Notes under the pieces: model-generated
Seen by the model: the letters and a program-made list of their open reading frames with translations, nothing else
What the model was told of the DNA's origin: nothing
Databases searched by the model: none
Part shown: positions 43,456 through 52,459 of the stretch, piece after piece
Numbering within the stretch: position 1 is the stretch's first letter
Layout of the letters: every line of letters starts with the position of its first letter
From: a virus
Virus record (IMG/VR): IMGVR_UViG_3300036831_000125
Location: 2,515 to 66,514 of that record
Reading direction: 5' to 3' (one strand)
DNA length: 64,000 nt
Made by a program: the position numbers and the translations under genes

Positions 43456-45431
43456 TAATGAAGGCTCCCCAAGCGGGTTTCGAGATCGGCGATGCGAGTG
43501 AGGGCGCGAGCGAGGAGTGCGTGGCTGATATTGGTGAGATTGTGCTCGTAGACGCCCATGACGTTGGCGAGGTTCTTCGGGCCAAGGGCGACGTTGCCGA
43601 CGAGTTCAGGTGCGGTGTTAGCGAAGGCGCGCGCGACGCCTTGCGCCGTGTAGCCGTGGTTCCATTCGTCGTGCGTTTGATCGCGGTATTTGAAGCGCCC
43701 CCAATCGACGGCGGTGAAGGAGGATTCGAGCGCGGCGAGATCGGCTTCGGCGTAGCGCGTGAAGGCGGATTTAACGCGCGCGTCGGAGAGGTTGACGTTG
43801 TTGGCGGAGTAATTTGCGATGCCGCCGTTGGAATAGACCTGGAAGCGCACGGCGACGTTGTCAGAGCCGAGCAGGATGGTCGCCGAGGTGTTGTTCGGTG
43901 CGGCGGCGTTGAAGGTCGCGTTGAAGATGGTCGCGCCGGAAGGCGAGGCGGCTGTGTTGAGCGCAATGAGCGTGCCGACATTGGCAGTGGCTTGGGAGAT
44001 GAGGCATTTCTCACTGCCGAGCGGCGAGGTTGCGCCGATGAGGAGCTGGCCGGTGTTGGTGAGGCGCATCATCTCGACGCGGTTTTGCGCGAAGACGATG
44101 GGAGCGGCGGTGAGCGTACCGATGTAGAACGCGCTTGAGGAAACGGCTTCTAGGACAGAAAGACTATTACCGCTGAGTCCTGCATAGGCTGTGCCGCCGA
44201 TGGTTGATCCATCTGTTGCGATGTAGATCTGCGATGTGTCGGCTTTGCATTGAAGCGCTGATGCGCCGCCAGTGTTCGTGTTGTTCACAACGGCTTTGGT
44301 TGTGCCACCTTGGTTTTTGCCGATGTCTACGAAATTGGCCGGCGTCATGCCGATGCCGACCTGGCCGGTGGCATCGATGCGCATCGCCTCAGTCAGCGAT
44401 GCTGCTGTCAGCGTCTTGAGGATAAGACCGCCATTGTTGCTGTCGAGATGGAAGGCTGCGAGCGCCCCCATCGAAGCTCCACCAGCGATATCAGTGACCT
44501 CATATTCGCCTGTGCCGAGTTTAAGATTGCCGGAGGTGTCGAGGCGCATCTTTTCAACGTTGTTGATGCCGAAGTAGATCGGCTGGACAGCGTTGGTGTT
44601 GAATGTGAGGCCGCCCGCGCCAGAGCAGTTGATGAAGCCGCCGTCTGCGCGGATCATGTTTGCTGGCGTGACGCCCGTGCCGTTCATGAGAAACGCGAGC
44701 GCGTTCGTACCGTTGTCGCAGCGGAGCTGGGCAGAAGCGCCTGTGCCGGCGCTGGTGATTTTTGAGATGATTTGCGAAATGGCGGAATTGCCAGAGTTCG
44801 CGTTGAGAAGGCTGAGGACTGATGTGCTGTTTTGCGATTGAACGACGTCGAGGATGTTGATGGGGTTGTTGTTGCCAATGCCAACGAGGCCGGAAGGATT
44901 GACGCGGAAGCGCTCTGCTGGAGAAGTGCCGCCCGTAAAGATCTTGAAAGAAGCGCTTGCGCTGATGAGCGCGAAATTCACTCCGCCAGCGCCGGTATTG
45001 ACGGCATAGAGGCCGTCTTGAATGTCGTAGGTGTTGGTCGCGACGTAGTTCAGCCCTGTCATCGCGAAGGCGGTGATAGTTGTACCGTTCGTGATGCGGA
45101 GAGTAGCAGCGGCAGCGTTGCCGGTGTTAGCGTTGGCGACGTTGAGGGTCGTGGAGGCGTTGGCGCTGCTGTCGAGGATATCGACCTTAAAGGCCGGCGA
45201 GACGTTGCCGATGCCGATCTTGCCAGAGGATTCGATGAGGACCGAGCTGACGTCGATGGCGGTGTTGGCTGAGTTGATCTTGAGGAACGCGCCGGCTGCG
45301 AGGGCGGTGTAATCGGGGAGCTTGGAGAAGCCGGTCTGGACAGCGCCGAACTCGGTCCGCATCGGGGCAGATGCGCCGGCAGAAGAGGTCGCAGGCGTGC
45401 CGGAGGGGGAGTAATAAGGATTGCCTGTCAT
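43455..45431 (-). CDS. tail fibre/spike with C-terminal intramolecular chaperone (peptidase S74-like)
   Basis: Four E.(M/F)R....G...(IG) repeats; SDARVK and GYTAQ.V...PELV; terminal coiled coil. Confidence 0.85.
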   Translation of the reverse strand: MTGNPYYSPSGTPATSSAGASAPMRTEFGAVQTGFSKLPDYTALAAGAFLKINSANTAIDVSSVLIESSGKIGIGNVSPAFKVDILDSSANASTTLNVANANTGNAAAATLRITNGTTITAFAMTGLNYVATNTYDIQDGLYAVNTGAGGVNFALISASASFKIFTGGTSPAERFRVNPSGLVGIGNNNPINILDVVQSQNSTSVLSLLNANSGNSAISQIISKITSAGTGASAQLRCDNGTNALAFLMNGTGVTPANMIRADGGFINCSGAGGLTFNTNAVQPIYFGINNVEKMRLDTSGNLKLGTGEYEVTDIAGGASMGALAAFHLDSNNGGLILKTLTAASLTEAMRIDATGQVGIGMTPANFVDIGKNQGGTTKAVVNNTNTGGASALQCKADTSQIYIATDGSTIGGTAYAGLSGNSLSVLEAVSSSAFYIGTLTAAPIVFAQNRVEMMRLTNTGQLLIGATSPLGSEKCLISQATANVGTLIALNTAASPSGATIFNATFNAAAPNNTSATILLGSDNVAVRFQVYSNGGIANYSANNVNLSDARVKSAFTRYAEADLAALESSFTAVDWGRFKYRDQTHDEWNHGYTAQGVARAFANTAPELVGNVALGPKNLANVMGVYEHNLTNISHALLARALTRIADLETRLGSLH

Positions 45432-47551
45432 TAGGGTCTGATCCCTCTGCGTGGCGTGTAGTGATGAATGATGGAGTTGATCGTGTAGGCCGGGATGAAG
45501 TTGGTGCCGGACGCGATCGTGACTTGGATGTTTTCGGCGGTGCCGGTGACGTCGATGTCGGTGGGCGCGAGGGTCTGGCCGTCCCAGACGAAATTATCCC
45601 AAGTGAAGGAGTCCCAATTGGGCGCGCCGGAGAAGGCCGAGGCGAGGGTGACGCCGGTCGGCTGGCCGGTGTTCATGGAGGAATAGGCAAGGGAGTAGCC
45701 GAACTGGATCTCGGCGTAGCCAGAGCCTTGCATTTCGATCGAGGCGGCGCGGAAGCGCTTGAGCACGCGCGGGGTGTTGATCGGATCCCAGGCGAGCGTG
45801 ATGTAGGCGTTGAGGGCGGCGCCGTCGAAGGAGGTGCCGGAGTCGAGCTGATAGACATAACCGTTGCCGTCGGAGGATCCGAAGTAAGTGGCTTCGGTGC
45901 CGTTGACGAGATTATCGGTGTCGATGCAGGAGACGGGGTTGGGGAACTGGACCGGGATGCAGCCGAGGTATTGGCGATTGACGACGGTGAGATAGAGCCC
46001 GTAGCCGTCGGAGAAGAATACGCGATATTGGTTTTTGTAGTGCGAAGTGGTGCTGCAGACGACCTTGGTATTCTCCTGCAGAATGAAGGGCAGGATGTTC
46101 TTCGTCAGCGTGGAAGCGATGAAGTTACCGTAGTTTAAGGTCGTCTGCAGCGAGAGAACGCCGAGCGTATCGAAGGCGAAGACATCGAAGAGATTTTGTA
46201 CGCTGCCAGGGAGCGCGCCGACGCCTGTATTGAAGGTGACGTAATTGAAGGTGGTCGGATCGAGGCCGTACAGGAATGAGGTGTTGTTGCGCTGGAAGAC
46301 AGCGAGCGTCGCGTTGGTTTGCGAGCCTGGGAGAGTCTGCATCGCAGTGACGGTGTCGCCGGTTGCGATTTCCCAAGCGCCGTCGGCTGCGGTCCATTTG
46401 TACGGAAGGCCCGGCCCCGAGCCGATGATCGAGCCGTCGAAGCCGAACACGAGATAGTTCTTGTGGCATTTGACGTGCTTGGGGGTGTCGGGGGATGTGC
46501 CGGTCGCGATGGGCGCATAGACGACGCCGTCGAATTCGTAACCTTTGTTGACGCCGTCAGCACCGTAGGCTTTGCGCGGGATCGCGAGGCCCGTGTAGTT
46601 GTTTTTGTCATGCTCCCAAGTGCCGCCCGGCGTGATGGTGATCGCAGTCTGGACGCCGGAGAGCGTGAAGGCACCGCCGGAGGTCGAGGTCGCTGCGCCA
46701 GAGGTGTAGTTGCCGCCAGCTGGGGTGGTGATGATGAGTTTGCCTGCGGCGGAAGATGCGCCGGTCGTGCCGGACTGCCATTGCACGAGTTTGATGGTCG
46801 AGGTGACGCCGCCTTGTGTGAGCGTGTCGCCAGCGATCGGGAGCGTGGTGCCGGCAGTGAAGGAGACGACATCGAAGAGCGTGACCTGCGTCCAGCCCGA
46901 GCCGGTGGTTTTGTAGAGATTGACCGCGGTGTTGCCGAGGTTGGCGCGGAAGGCGAAGACGACGTCCACGCCGGCAACGATGAGATGGTAAGTGTCGAGG
47001 ATAGGGCCAGAGCCCGGGACTGCGCCGATCAGGGCGCGGTACACATCGGCCGCGGCAGCGGTGTATTGCGCGGATTGTTTCGAGGTCAGGGAGACGGTCG
47101 GCGCGATCGGGATGCCGATGGTGATTGGGCCGGACTTGGTGACGTTGTGGGTGAGGTCGAAGGTGCCCGAGACTTGCGTGAGCGCGACGTAAACTGCGCC
47201 AGGCGCGTTGTTGACGATGATGACGGTGCCGGTCGCGCCGGAGGTGGCTTGGGTAAGGGTGTCGCCGACGGCGGGGACGTTCGTGAAGGCGGAGAATTGG
47301 ACAAGGGTGTAGGCACCCATGGACGGCGCGAGGCGGCCATCGAGGCGCTCATAGCCAGCGATGCGGGAATAGCCGCCGGATTGGGCGCACTCGAAGTTCT
47401 GGCCGGCCCGGATCGCGCCGGGCTGGAGGGAGAGCGAGGGCGTGGTGAGGTCGAGCCCGCCGGGAAAGGGCTGGCCGGTTTTGGATTGGCCGGCACCGAG
47501 ATGCGTGACGGAGTATTCGACCTTCGGCCATTGCTGCGAGAGGGGTTTCAT
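45431..47551 (-). CDS. podovirus tail nozzle / DNA stabilisation protein
   Basis: GGLDL..P.....PG......NFE; beta-rich 706 aa; follows the adaptor. Confidence 0.75.
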   Translation of the reverse strand: MKPLSQQWPKVEYSVTHLGAGQSKTGQPFPGGLDLTTPSLSLQPGAIRAGQNFECAQSGGYSRIAGYERLDGRLAPSMGAYTLVQFSAFTNVPAVGDTLTQATSGATGTVIIVNNAPGAVYVALTQVSGTFDLTHNVTKSGPITIGIPIAPTVSLTSKQSAQYTAAAADVYRALIGAVPGSGPILDTYHLIVAGVDVVFAFRANLGNTAVNLYKTTGSGWTQVTLFDVVSFTAGTTLPIAGDTLTQGGVTSTIKLVQWQSGTTGASSAAGKLIITTPAGGNYTSGAATSTSGGAFTLSGVQTAITITPGGTWEHDKNNYTGLAIPRKAYGADGVNKGYEFDGVVYAPIATGTSPDTPKHVKCHKNYLVFGFDGSIIGSGPGLPYKWTAADGAWEIATGDTVTAMQTLPGSQTNATLAVFQRNNTSFLYGLDPTTFNYVTFNTGVGALPGSVQNLFDVFAFDTLGVLSLQTTLNYGNFIASTLTKNILPFILQENTKVVCSTTSHYKNQYRVFFSDGYGLYLTVVNRQYLGCIPVQFPNPVSCIDTDNLVNGTEATYFGSSDGNGYVYQLDSGTSFDGAALNAYITLAWDPINTPRVLKRFRAASIEMQGSGYAEIQFGYSLAYSSMNTGQPTGVTLASAFSGAPNWDSFTWDNFVWDGQTLAPTDIDVTGTAENIQVTIASGTNFIPAYTINSIIHHYTPRRGIRP

Positions 47552-48270
47552 CAGGCCAGCGCCCCCGCGAGGCGAACGCGCGGTCCGTAGCGCCGTTCGA
47601 GCTGAGTGAGGAGAGTTTGATAGCCATCCATGCCGCGGGTGGCGATCTCGGGCGCGGCCTCGTAAGTGCCGTAATAGATCATGCCCTGATAGACGAGAAT
47701 CATGTGGTACTGATTCGGGAGACCGATCGGGAGATCGGTGTCGGCAGACATGGAGGTCGGCGCCGCGAAGTAGTCGCCTGTGACGGTGTAGAGCCCGTTG
47801 GACGCCGGCCCGACGCAGATGGATTTATCCGACCCGACGGCGAAGACGGCCGGGCGGGTTTGGACGAAGCGGTTCGCACCGTACATGTAGGAGTCACGCC
47901 ACCAATCGAAGCCGATATGCGGCATGAAGATCTCGGATTGCGGTCCGACGGTGGTGACGTAGTTGCGGAAGGAGTCGATCACCCATTTGCCGCCGAAGAG
48001 CGAGGGATCGAGATTGAGCGTGCCAGGGCCGGTGCCGAGGGGCGTGTTGGCGACGCCCGCGACAGGGACGAAAGAGACGCCGCCGCCGAGGAGATTGGAC
48101 GAGCGCATCCACTCCCAATCGTCATGCATGGTCTGGAGTTCGGTCCAGGCTTGATTGATCCAATTGACGAAGCGGACGGCTTCGCCGACGGGCGATTGCG
48201 CGGTGGAAAGGGTGACGTTGGTCGCGGCGCACTCGACGAGGAGGCGCTGGCAGAGCGAGAGGAAGTTCAT
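47551..48270 (-). CDS. head-to-tail adaptor
   Basis: MNFL.L.QRL..E...WIN.AW...Q...W.W; D.P..LP..YH..LV. Confidence 0.8.
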   Translation of the reverse strand: MNFLSLCQRLLVECAATNVTLSTAQSPVGEAVRFVNWINQAWTELQTMHDDWEWMRSSNLLGGGVSFVPVAGVANTPLGTGPGTLNLDPSLFGGKWVIDSFRNYVTTVGPQSEIFMPHIGFDWWRDSYMYGANRFVQTRPAVFAVGSDKSICVGPASNGLYTVTGDYFAAPTSMSADTDLPIGLPNQYHMILVYQGMIYYGTYEAAPEIATRGMDGYQTLLTQLERRYGPRVRLAGALA

Positions 48271-48300
48271 TTCTTAAGCCTCAGAGGCAGGCAGGTAGGC

Positions 48301-48822
48301 TTAGGCCGCGAGGCGTCGGAGTTCGGTCAGCCAAGCTGCGCCTTTGGGGTTTTTGTCTTCGAGCACAGAGAAGGCTTGGTACGAGGAGGTGAAGCGCTTG
48401 ATCGTGTTTTGCGGGTGCTCTTCGCCAGGCTGGCCGTGGTGCGTCGTGATCTTGTCTTGCTTCGCCATGACGAGGATCGCGAGGTATTTGCGCTTGATGG
48501 TGAGGACAGCGCCAACCGGGATGTAGCCGCCTGGGGCCTGGACCCAGCGATCGTTGCGAAGATATTCGCAGCCGATGCCATTGCACCAGATCGGGATGGC
48601 AGAGGCGGCGTTCGGGTCGGAGGAGGGTTCGAGCCGGATGGTGACGGGCTCTTCGTTAAAGGCGAGTTCGGCGAGTTGGTCTTTGTTGGCGATCGAGGGG
48701 TCGGCCCGGATGATGAGATCGGATTCAGGTCGTTTGTTGGAATCGACGATGTCGGGTTTTTGGTCGATGGGCAGGGTTTCGGAGAGGGTTTCTTTGCCGG
48801 GGCGGGAATTGATGTTGGCCAT
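48301..48822 (-). CDS. conserved virion-morphogenesis protein
   Basis: LAF.EE.V.I...FSV.ED.NP.G..WL pattern; position after the capsid genes. Confidence 0.65.
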   Translation of the reverse strand: MANINSRPGKETLSETLPIDQKPDIVDSNKRPESDLIIRADPSIANKDQLAELAFNEEPVTIRLEPSSDPNAASAIPIWCNGIGCEYLRNDRWVQAPGGYIPVGAVLTIKRKYLAILVMAKQDKITTHHGQPGEEHPQNTIKRFTSSYQAFSVLEDKNPKGAAWLTELRRLAA

Positions 48823-48947
48823 GAGTCAGGGAAGCTCCAAGAGTCAAGATGTGCGGATAATGTGCGGAGAGATTTGTCCGCCAATTGGCGGATGCGCAGG
48901 AGATGCGCGGCAGGGGCGAGCCGAAGCCCGCCCCCGCGCTTTAACGG

Positions 48948-49478
48948 TTACGCGCCGATCTGCGGGCGATCAGGGAGAGTCGCCACATCAACGAAGGTGA
49001 AGGCAGCGTTGGCGAGGCTGTTCGAGGTCGTGCCGAACAGGAAGGCTGCTGTGCTGTTGTTGTACTGCCACATGATCAAGTAGCCGATCGGGCAGAAGTC
49101 GAGCGGCAGCGCGCCGAACTGTGGCGCATCGAGGAAGGCGGCGACGGTGGAGGTCGTGTAGGCGAGATCCATCTGGACGATCGTGCCCTGGACGACTTTG
49201 AGATTGCCCGAGTGATCGAAGCCGATGGTGTAAGCGCAGCCGTTCCATTGCGTGGCAGAGGCAGCCGGGACAGAGATGAAGGCGAGGCCGGTGGCGTAGT
49301 CGGTGGTCGGAGTCGTGGTGTTGCTGAGGTTGGCCTTGGAATAGAATTTTCCACGGATTGCGTAGTAACCGTTGGTCTCGCCATTACCCCAAGTCGTGGT
49401 GAGGGTCGAGCCAGTGCCAGCCGCGAGAGCGGCTTTGCTGAAGCACATGGTAACGGGAATGAAGGTTTGAGCGTCCAT
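48948..49478 (-). CDS. capsid decoration/cement protein (putative)
   Basis: Beta-rich; P....PIGY...F..GTT motif shared with 49523..50044. Confidence 0.55.
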   Translation of the reverse strand: MDAQTFIPVTMCFSKAALAAGTGSTLTTTWGNGETNGYYAIRGKFYSKANLSNTTTPTTDYATGLAFISVPAASATQWNGCAYTIGFDHSGNLKVVQGTIVQMDLAYTTSTVAAFLDAPQFGALPLDFCPIGYLIMWQYNNSTAAFLFGTTSNSLANAAFTFVDVATLPDRPQIGA

Positions 49479-49522
49479 TAGAGATGCCTTTCGGAGAGGG
49501 GAGGGCCTGCGGCGGGTGGTAA

Positions 49523-50044
49523 TTAGCCAAGCAGGCAGTACGGATCGAAGCCTTCGGTGCCGTTGATGAAGACGGCGTTCGGGACGACTGTGCCGTCATC
49601 AAGCTGCGTCGTGCCGCCGACGAAATCACCAGTCCCTGTTGGATTGATGATGACGAAGCCAATGAGGGCTTTTTTCGCCGGGAATTGCGGGAAGCCAACC
49701 TTTGCGAGCGTCGAACCTTGAACGCCGAGCGCAGCGGTGACTGTGCCACCTTGATCGATGAAAAAGGCCCAGACGTTGAAGGTGGCGTTGGTGACAGTGC
49801 CGACGAGTGCGGGCATGTCCGTCGCGGTTGCGACTTTTACGAGAACGCCATTGGCGACGTAGTAGCTAATCGCGTTGGACTGAGCGAGCACGCTCGCGCT
49901 GCCGCCGTGGATACGGAGAGCAGCGCTGACGAGACAGACCGAAGACATGCGATCGAAGACAGGAGTCGTGATCGCGTGAAGGTGTTTTCGAGACTTGTAA
50001 TCGAGAACACCCTCGATCCAGCGAAGGAGGGTATCAGTGAACAT
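49523..50044 (-). CDS. capsid decoration/cement protein (putative)
   Basis: Directly after MCP; P.FP....IGF...FVGGTT.L. Confidence 0.55.
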   Translation of the reverse strand: MFTDTLLRWIEGVLDYKSRKHLHAITTPVFDRMSSVCLVSAALRIHGGSASVLAQSNAISYYVANGVLVKVATATDMPALVGTVTNATFNVWAFFIDQGGTVTAALGVQGSTLAKVGFPQFPAKKALIGFVIINPTGTGDFVGGTTQLDDGTVVPNAVFINGTEGFDPYCLLG

Positions 50045-50087
50045 GCGTGATGTTCCTTTCTTTTAGGTTTCAGGGATCACGCAGCGG

Positions 50088-51167
50088 TTAGGAGAGGATG
50101 CGCGAGCCGGTGTAGCCGACAGCCATCCAGCCCTGATTCTCGATCATCACGGCCTTCCACCAAATGCTGCCGGCGTAGCCGCGTTGGCCCATCGGATCGG
50201 ACTTGGATTTCTCGCCTGGCGAGAGGAAGGTCGGATCCAGCGCGTTCATGTTGCGCACCGCGATCTGGCCCCATGAGTCTTGCGCCGTGACGATGAGAGG
50301 GTAGACGTCGATCTTCGAGTTAGAGGTGCTGTTGAACTGCGCCAGCGAGGTCGCGGAGTTGTCGCCGGAGTCTTGCAGCGCCGGGAGATCGGGCGAGGTG
50401 ATGAACCGGAAACGCTCGACCTTGCCGACTTCGTTCGCCATGGGCTTGCCCGAGGCGTAGCGCTCGGTCGGCGTGAAATTCGGGATGTCGCGGATATCGG
50501 GTTCGAGATCGGTGTGGCAATAGACGGTGTAGCCTTCCGCGACGGCGTCGGTGCCGTAATCGGGAGAGGCGTGCAGCATGCGATTGACCATCTTGCCGTG
50601 GTTGGCCATGAGACCTTTCGCGATCTTACGGATGAGGCCGAGAGTGAGGCCGCCGTTGACAGTCGCGATGGTTGTGCCGGTGCCTGCGAAGTAGGTGTTG
50701 GTGCAGGCGCGCAGGGCCCCGTAGATGATCATCTCGTTGACGAACGTGACGCGCTCGCCGATCTGCTCAATCATCGCTTTCGGGATGTCGTCTTCGTAGA
50801 GGTCGTAGGTCTTGTCGGAGAAGCCGTAGAGGCAGCCGAACTGCTGAATGACGACTGTGATGTCGAGCGGCGTGATGTTGTCGGGGAGCGGGGTGACGCC
50901 TTCTTGGATTTGGTGCGCTTGGATGACGCCCTGTTCGCGAGGTTGGGTGGTGAAGTTGTTGAAGAACTGGTTTTGTGTGTTCTTGTCGGTGGCAGTTGCG
51001 CCATAGGGCAGCCAACGACGCGCGACGTAGGTGTCGGATTGGTTCTTCGGGAGCTGAATCTGGCGCCCGCCGCGGCCGAGAACTTCGACCGGGATGGCAT
51101 GGGCAAGGATCTGGCCTTTGAACTTATTGATTCGACCAGGCGTGAGGGTGAAAGTTTGCATTGCCAT
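50088..51167 (-). CDS. major capsid protein, N4-gp56-like
   Basis: EGVTP, Q.G....F.D, H.DL..DIR....F.....Y, EVG.VE..RFI, SDP.GQRGY...W. Confidence 0.9.
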   Translation of the reverse strand: MAMQTFTLTPGRINKFKGQILAHAIPVEVLGRGGRQIQLPKNQSDTYVARRWLPYGATATDKNTQNQFFNNFTTQPREQGVIQAHQIQEGVTPLPDNITPLDITVVIQQFGCLYGFSDKTYDLYEDDIPKAMIEQIGERVTFVNEMIIYGALRACTNTYFAGTGTTIATVNGGLTLGLIRKIAKGLMANHGKMVNRMLHASPDYGTDAVAEGYTVYCHTDLEPDIRDIPNFTPTERYASGKPMANEVGKVERFRFITSPDLPALQDSGDNSATSLAQFNSTSNSKIDVYPLIVTAQDSWGQIAVRNMNALDPTFLSPGEKSKSDPMGQRGYAGSIWWKAVMIENQGWMAVGYTGSRILS

Positions 51168-51184
51168 TGAAAAAGCCTTTCAGG

Positions 51185-52159
51185 TCAGCCGGTAGCGAAG
51201 CCCTCGCGGAATTCGTCTTCGGCGGTTTTGGTGCGTGCGGAGGCTGTGGAGCCCGCGGTCTTGGGTGGGACGGCAGACGCGATACGGTCACGGCGCGCTT
51301 TCGCGCTGGCAGCGGCCAGTACCCCCGCAGCAATTTTCGTCCTGAGTGATTGCTGGGTTTTCGGCGGCGGCGCTTTAGGCGCGGGTGCCGTCGAGGTTTT
51401 GAAGAGCGTGATGGCGCGCGAGATGATCGCGGCGGAGACGGATTCGTTGACCTTCTTTTGGTAGTCGGCGGGTTGGGTGGCCAGCCACTTGCGGAAGGGG
51501 TGATTCGGGTCGGGCTTGTCGGATGCGCCGACGATGGTGCGCCAGTCGGAGTGCAGGTCGTCGAGTTCTTCCATGGCGCGGCGCCGCTCGCGTGTGTCGA
51601 GGACGGCGTCGAGTTCGGCCTGGGCGCGTTGCGCGGGGGTGAGCGGCGCGGGCTTGGCTGCGGCGGCGGGCGGAGGCGTGCCCGAGGCAGCGGCGTCGCT
51701 GGTGGTGCGGAGCGTTTTGAGCTGCTGTTGGAGTTCGCCAATGGTCCCGAAGGCTCTGGAGAGCTGCTTCTTTTGCTCAGCGGATTCGGCCGCGACGGCG
51801 CGGAGGTGGGTGATCTCGTCGGGGGTGAGCGGCGCGGGGGGTTTCGCGGCGGCGGCGGCGGGTTTGGCCGGGGGCGTAGGCTTGGCGGCTGGTTTGGCAG
51901 CGGCAGCGGGTTTTGCGGCGGTTTTGGCGGCGGGTTTAGCAGCACTGTTGGGGACAGTGCTGAGCACTGTACCCGCTTCGGACGTCGTGGAACTGGACTC
52001 AGCCGGCGGCGGCGTAGCAGCAGCAGCAGGAGACGAGGCGGGCGCCGGAGTTGCAGGCGCAGGTGCGGCCGGGGGCGCGGATTCAGCTTTAAAGCCAGCC
52101 GCGAAATCAGCCTGGGCTTGAGCGTCGGCGGCGGCGTCGGATTCGAGATCTTCGTTCAT
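51185..52159 (-). CDS. capsid scaffolding protein
   Basis: Precedes MCP; Ala/Pro-rich plus coiled coil; H.DW..IV...F..WL..QP; ends EDEFREGFATG. Confidence 0.75.
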   Translation of the reverse strand: MNEDLESDAAADAQAQADFAAGFKAESAPPAAPAPATPAPASSPAAAATPPPAESSSTTSEAGTVLSTVPNSAAKPAAKTAAKPAAAAKPAAKPTPPAKPAAAAAKPPAPLTPDEITHLRAVAAESAEQKKQLSRAFGTIGELQQQLKTLRTTSDAAASGTPPPAAAAKPAPLTPAQRAQAELDAVLDTRERRRAMEELDDLHSDWRTIVGASDKPDPNHPFRKWLATQPADYQKKVNESVSAAIISRAITLFKTSTAPAPKAPPPKTQQSLRTKIAAGVLAAASAKARRDRIASAVPPKTAGSTASARTKTAEDEFREGFATG

Positions 52160-52243
52160 GGTAGGGGCTCGCTGGTTGAAGCTCGCGCGGGAATGGGCGC
52201 TCGGGAGCGCTGAGGTCGCGTGGGCTTGTGGGAGACCGCTGTC

Positions 52244-52453
52244 TTACGGCAGGCGGTCGGTGTTGAGGTCGAGGAGTTCTTTAAGGAGCGCAATCTCGCC
52301 GCGGAGGCGGGCGGTGTCGGGCTCAGAGCGTGGGAAGTCGTTTTGTTCGCGCCGGGCGGTCAGCATGGCGGTGAAGTGAGCGTGGAGGCGAAGCCAGAGG
52401 GTGGTCTGGCGTTCGCCAGGGGTAAGCGTGAAGCGAAGGGCAGGGGCGGGCAT
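52244..52453 (-). CDS. small conserved protein between portal and scaffold (Bbp19-like)
   Basis: W..L...F......R..ND......TA.LRGEI...K.LL. Confidence 0.65.
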   Translation of the reverse strand: MPAPALRFTLTPGERQTTLWLRLHAHFTAMLTARREQNDFPRSEPDTARLRGEIALLKELLDLNTDRLP

Positions 52454-52459
52454 GGGCGG

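Noticed and set aside
47617-49083. Long + strand ORFs opposite structural genes (also 46319-47590, 54023-55285, 50280-51170, 24170-25237)
   Set aside because: Antisense shadows of GC-rich real genes, with no recognisable motifs
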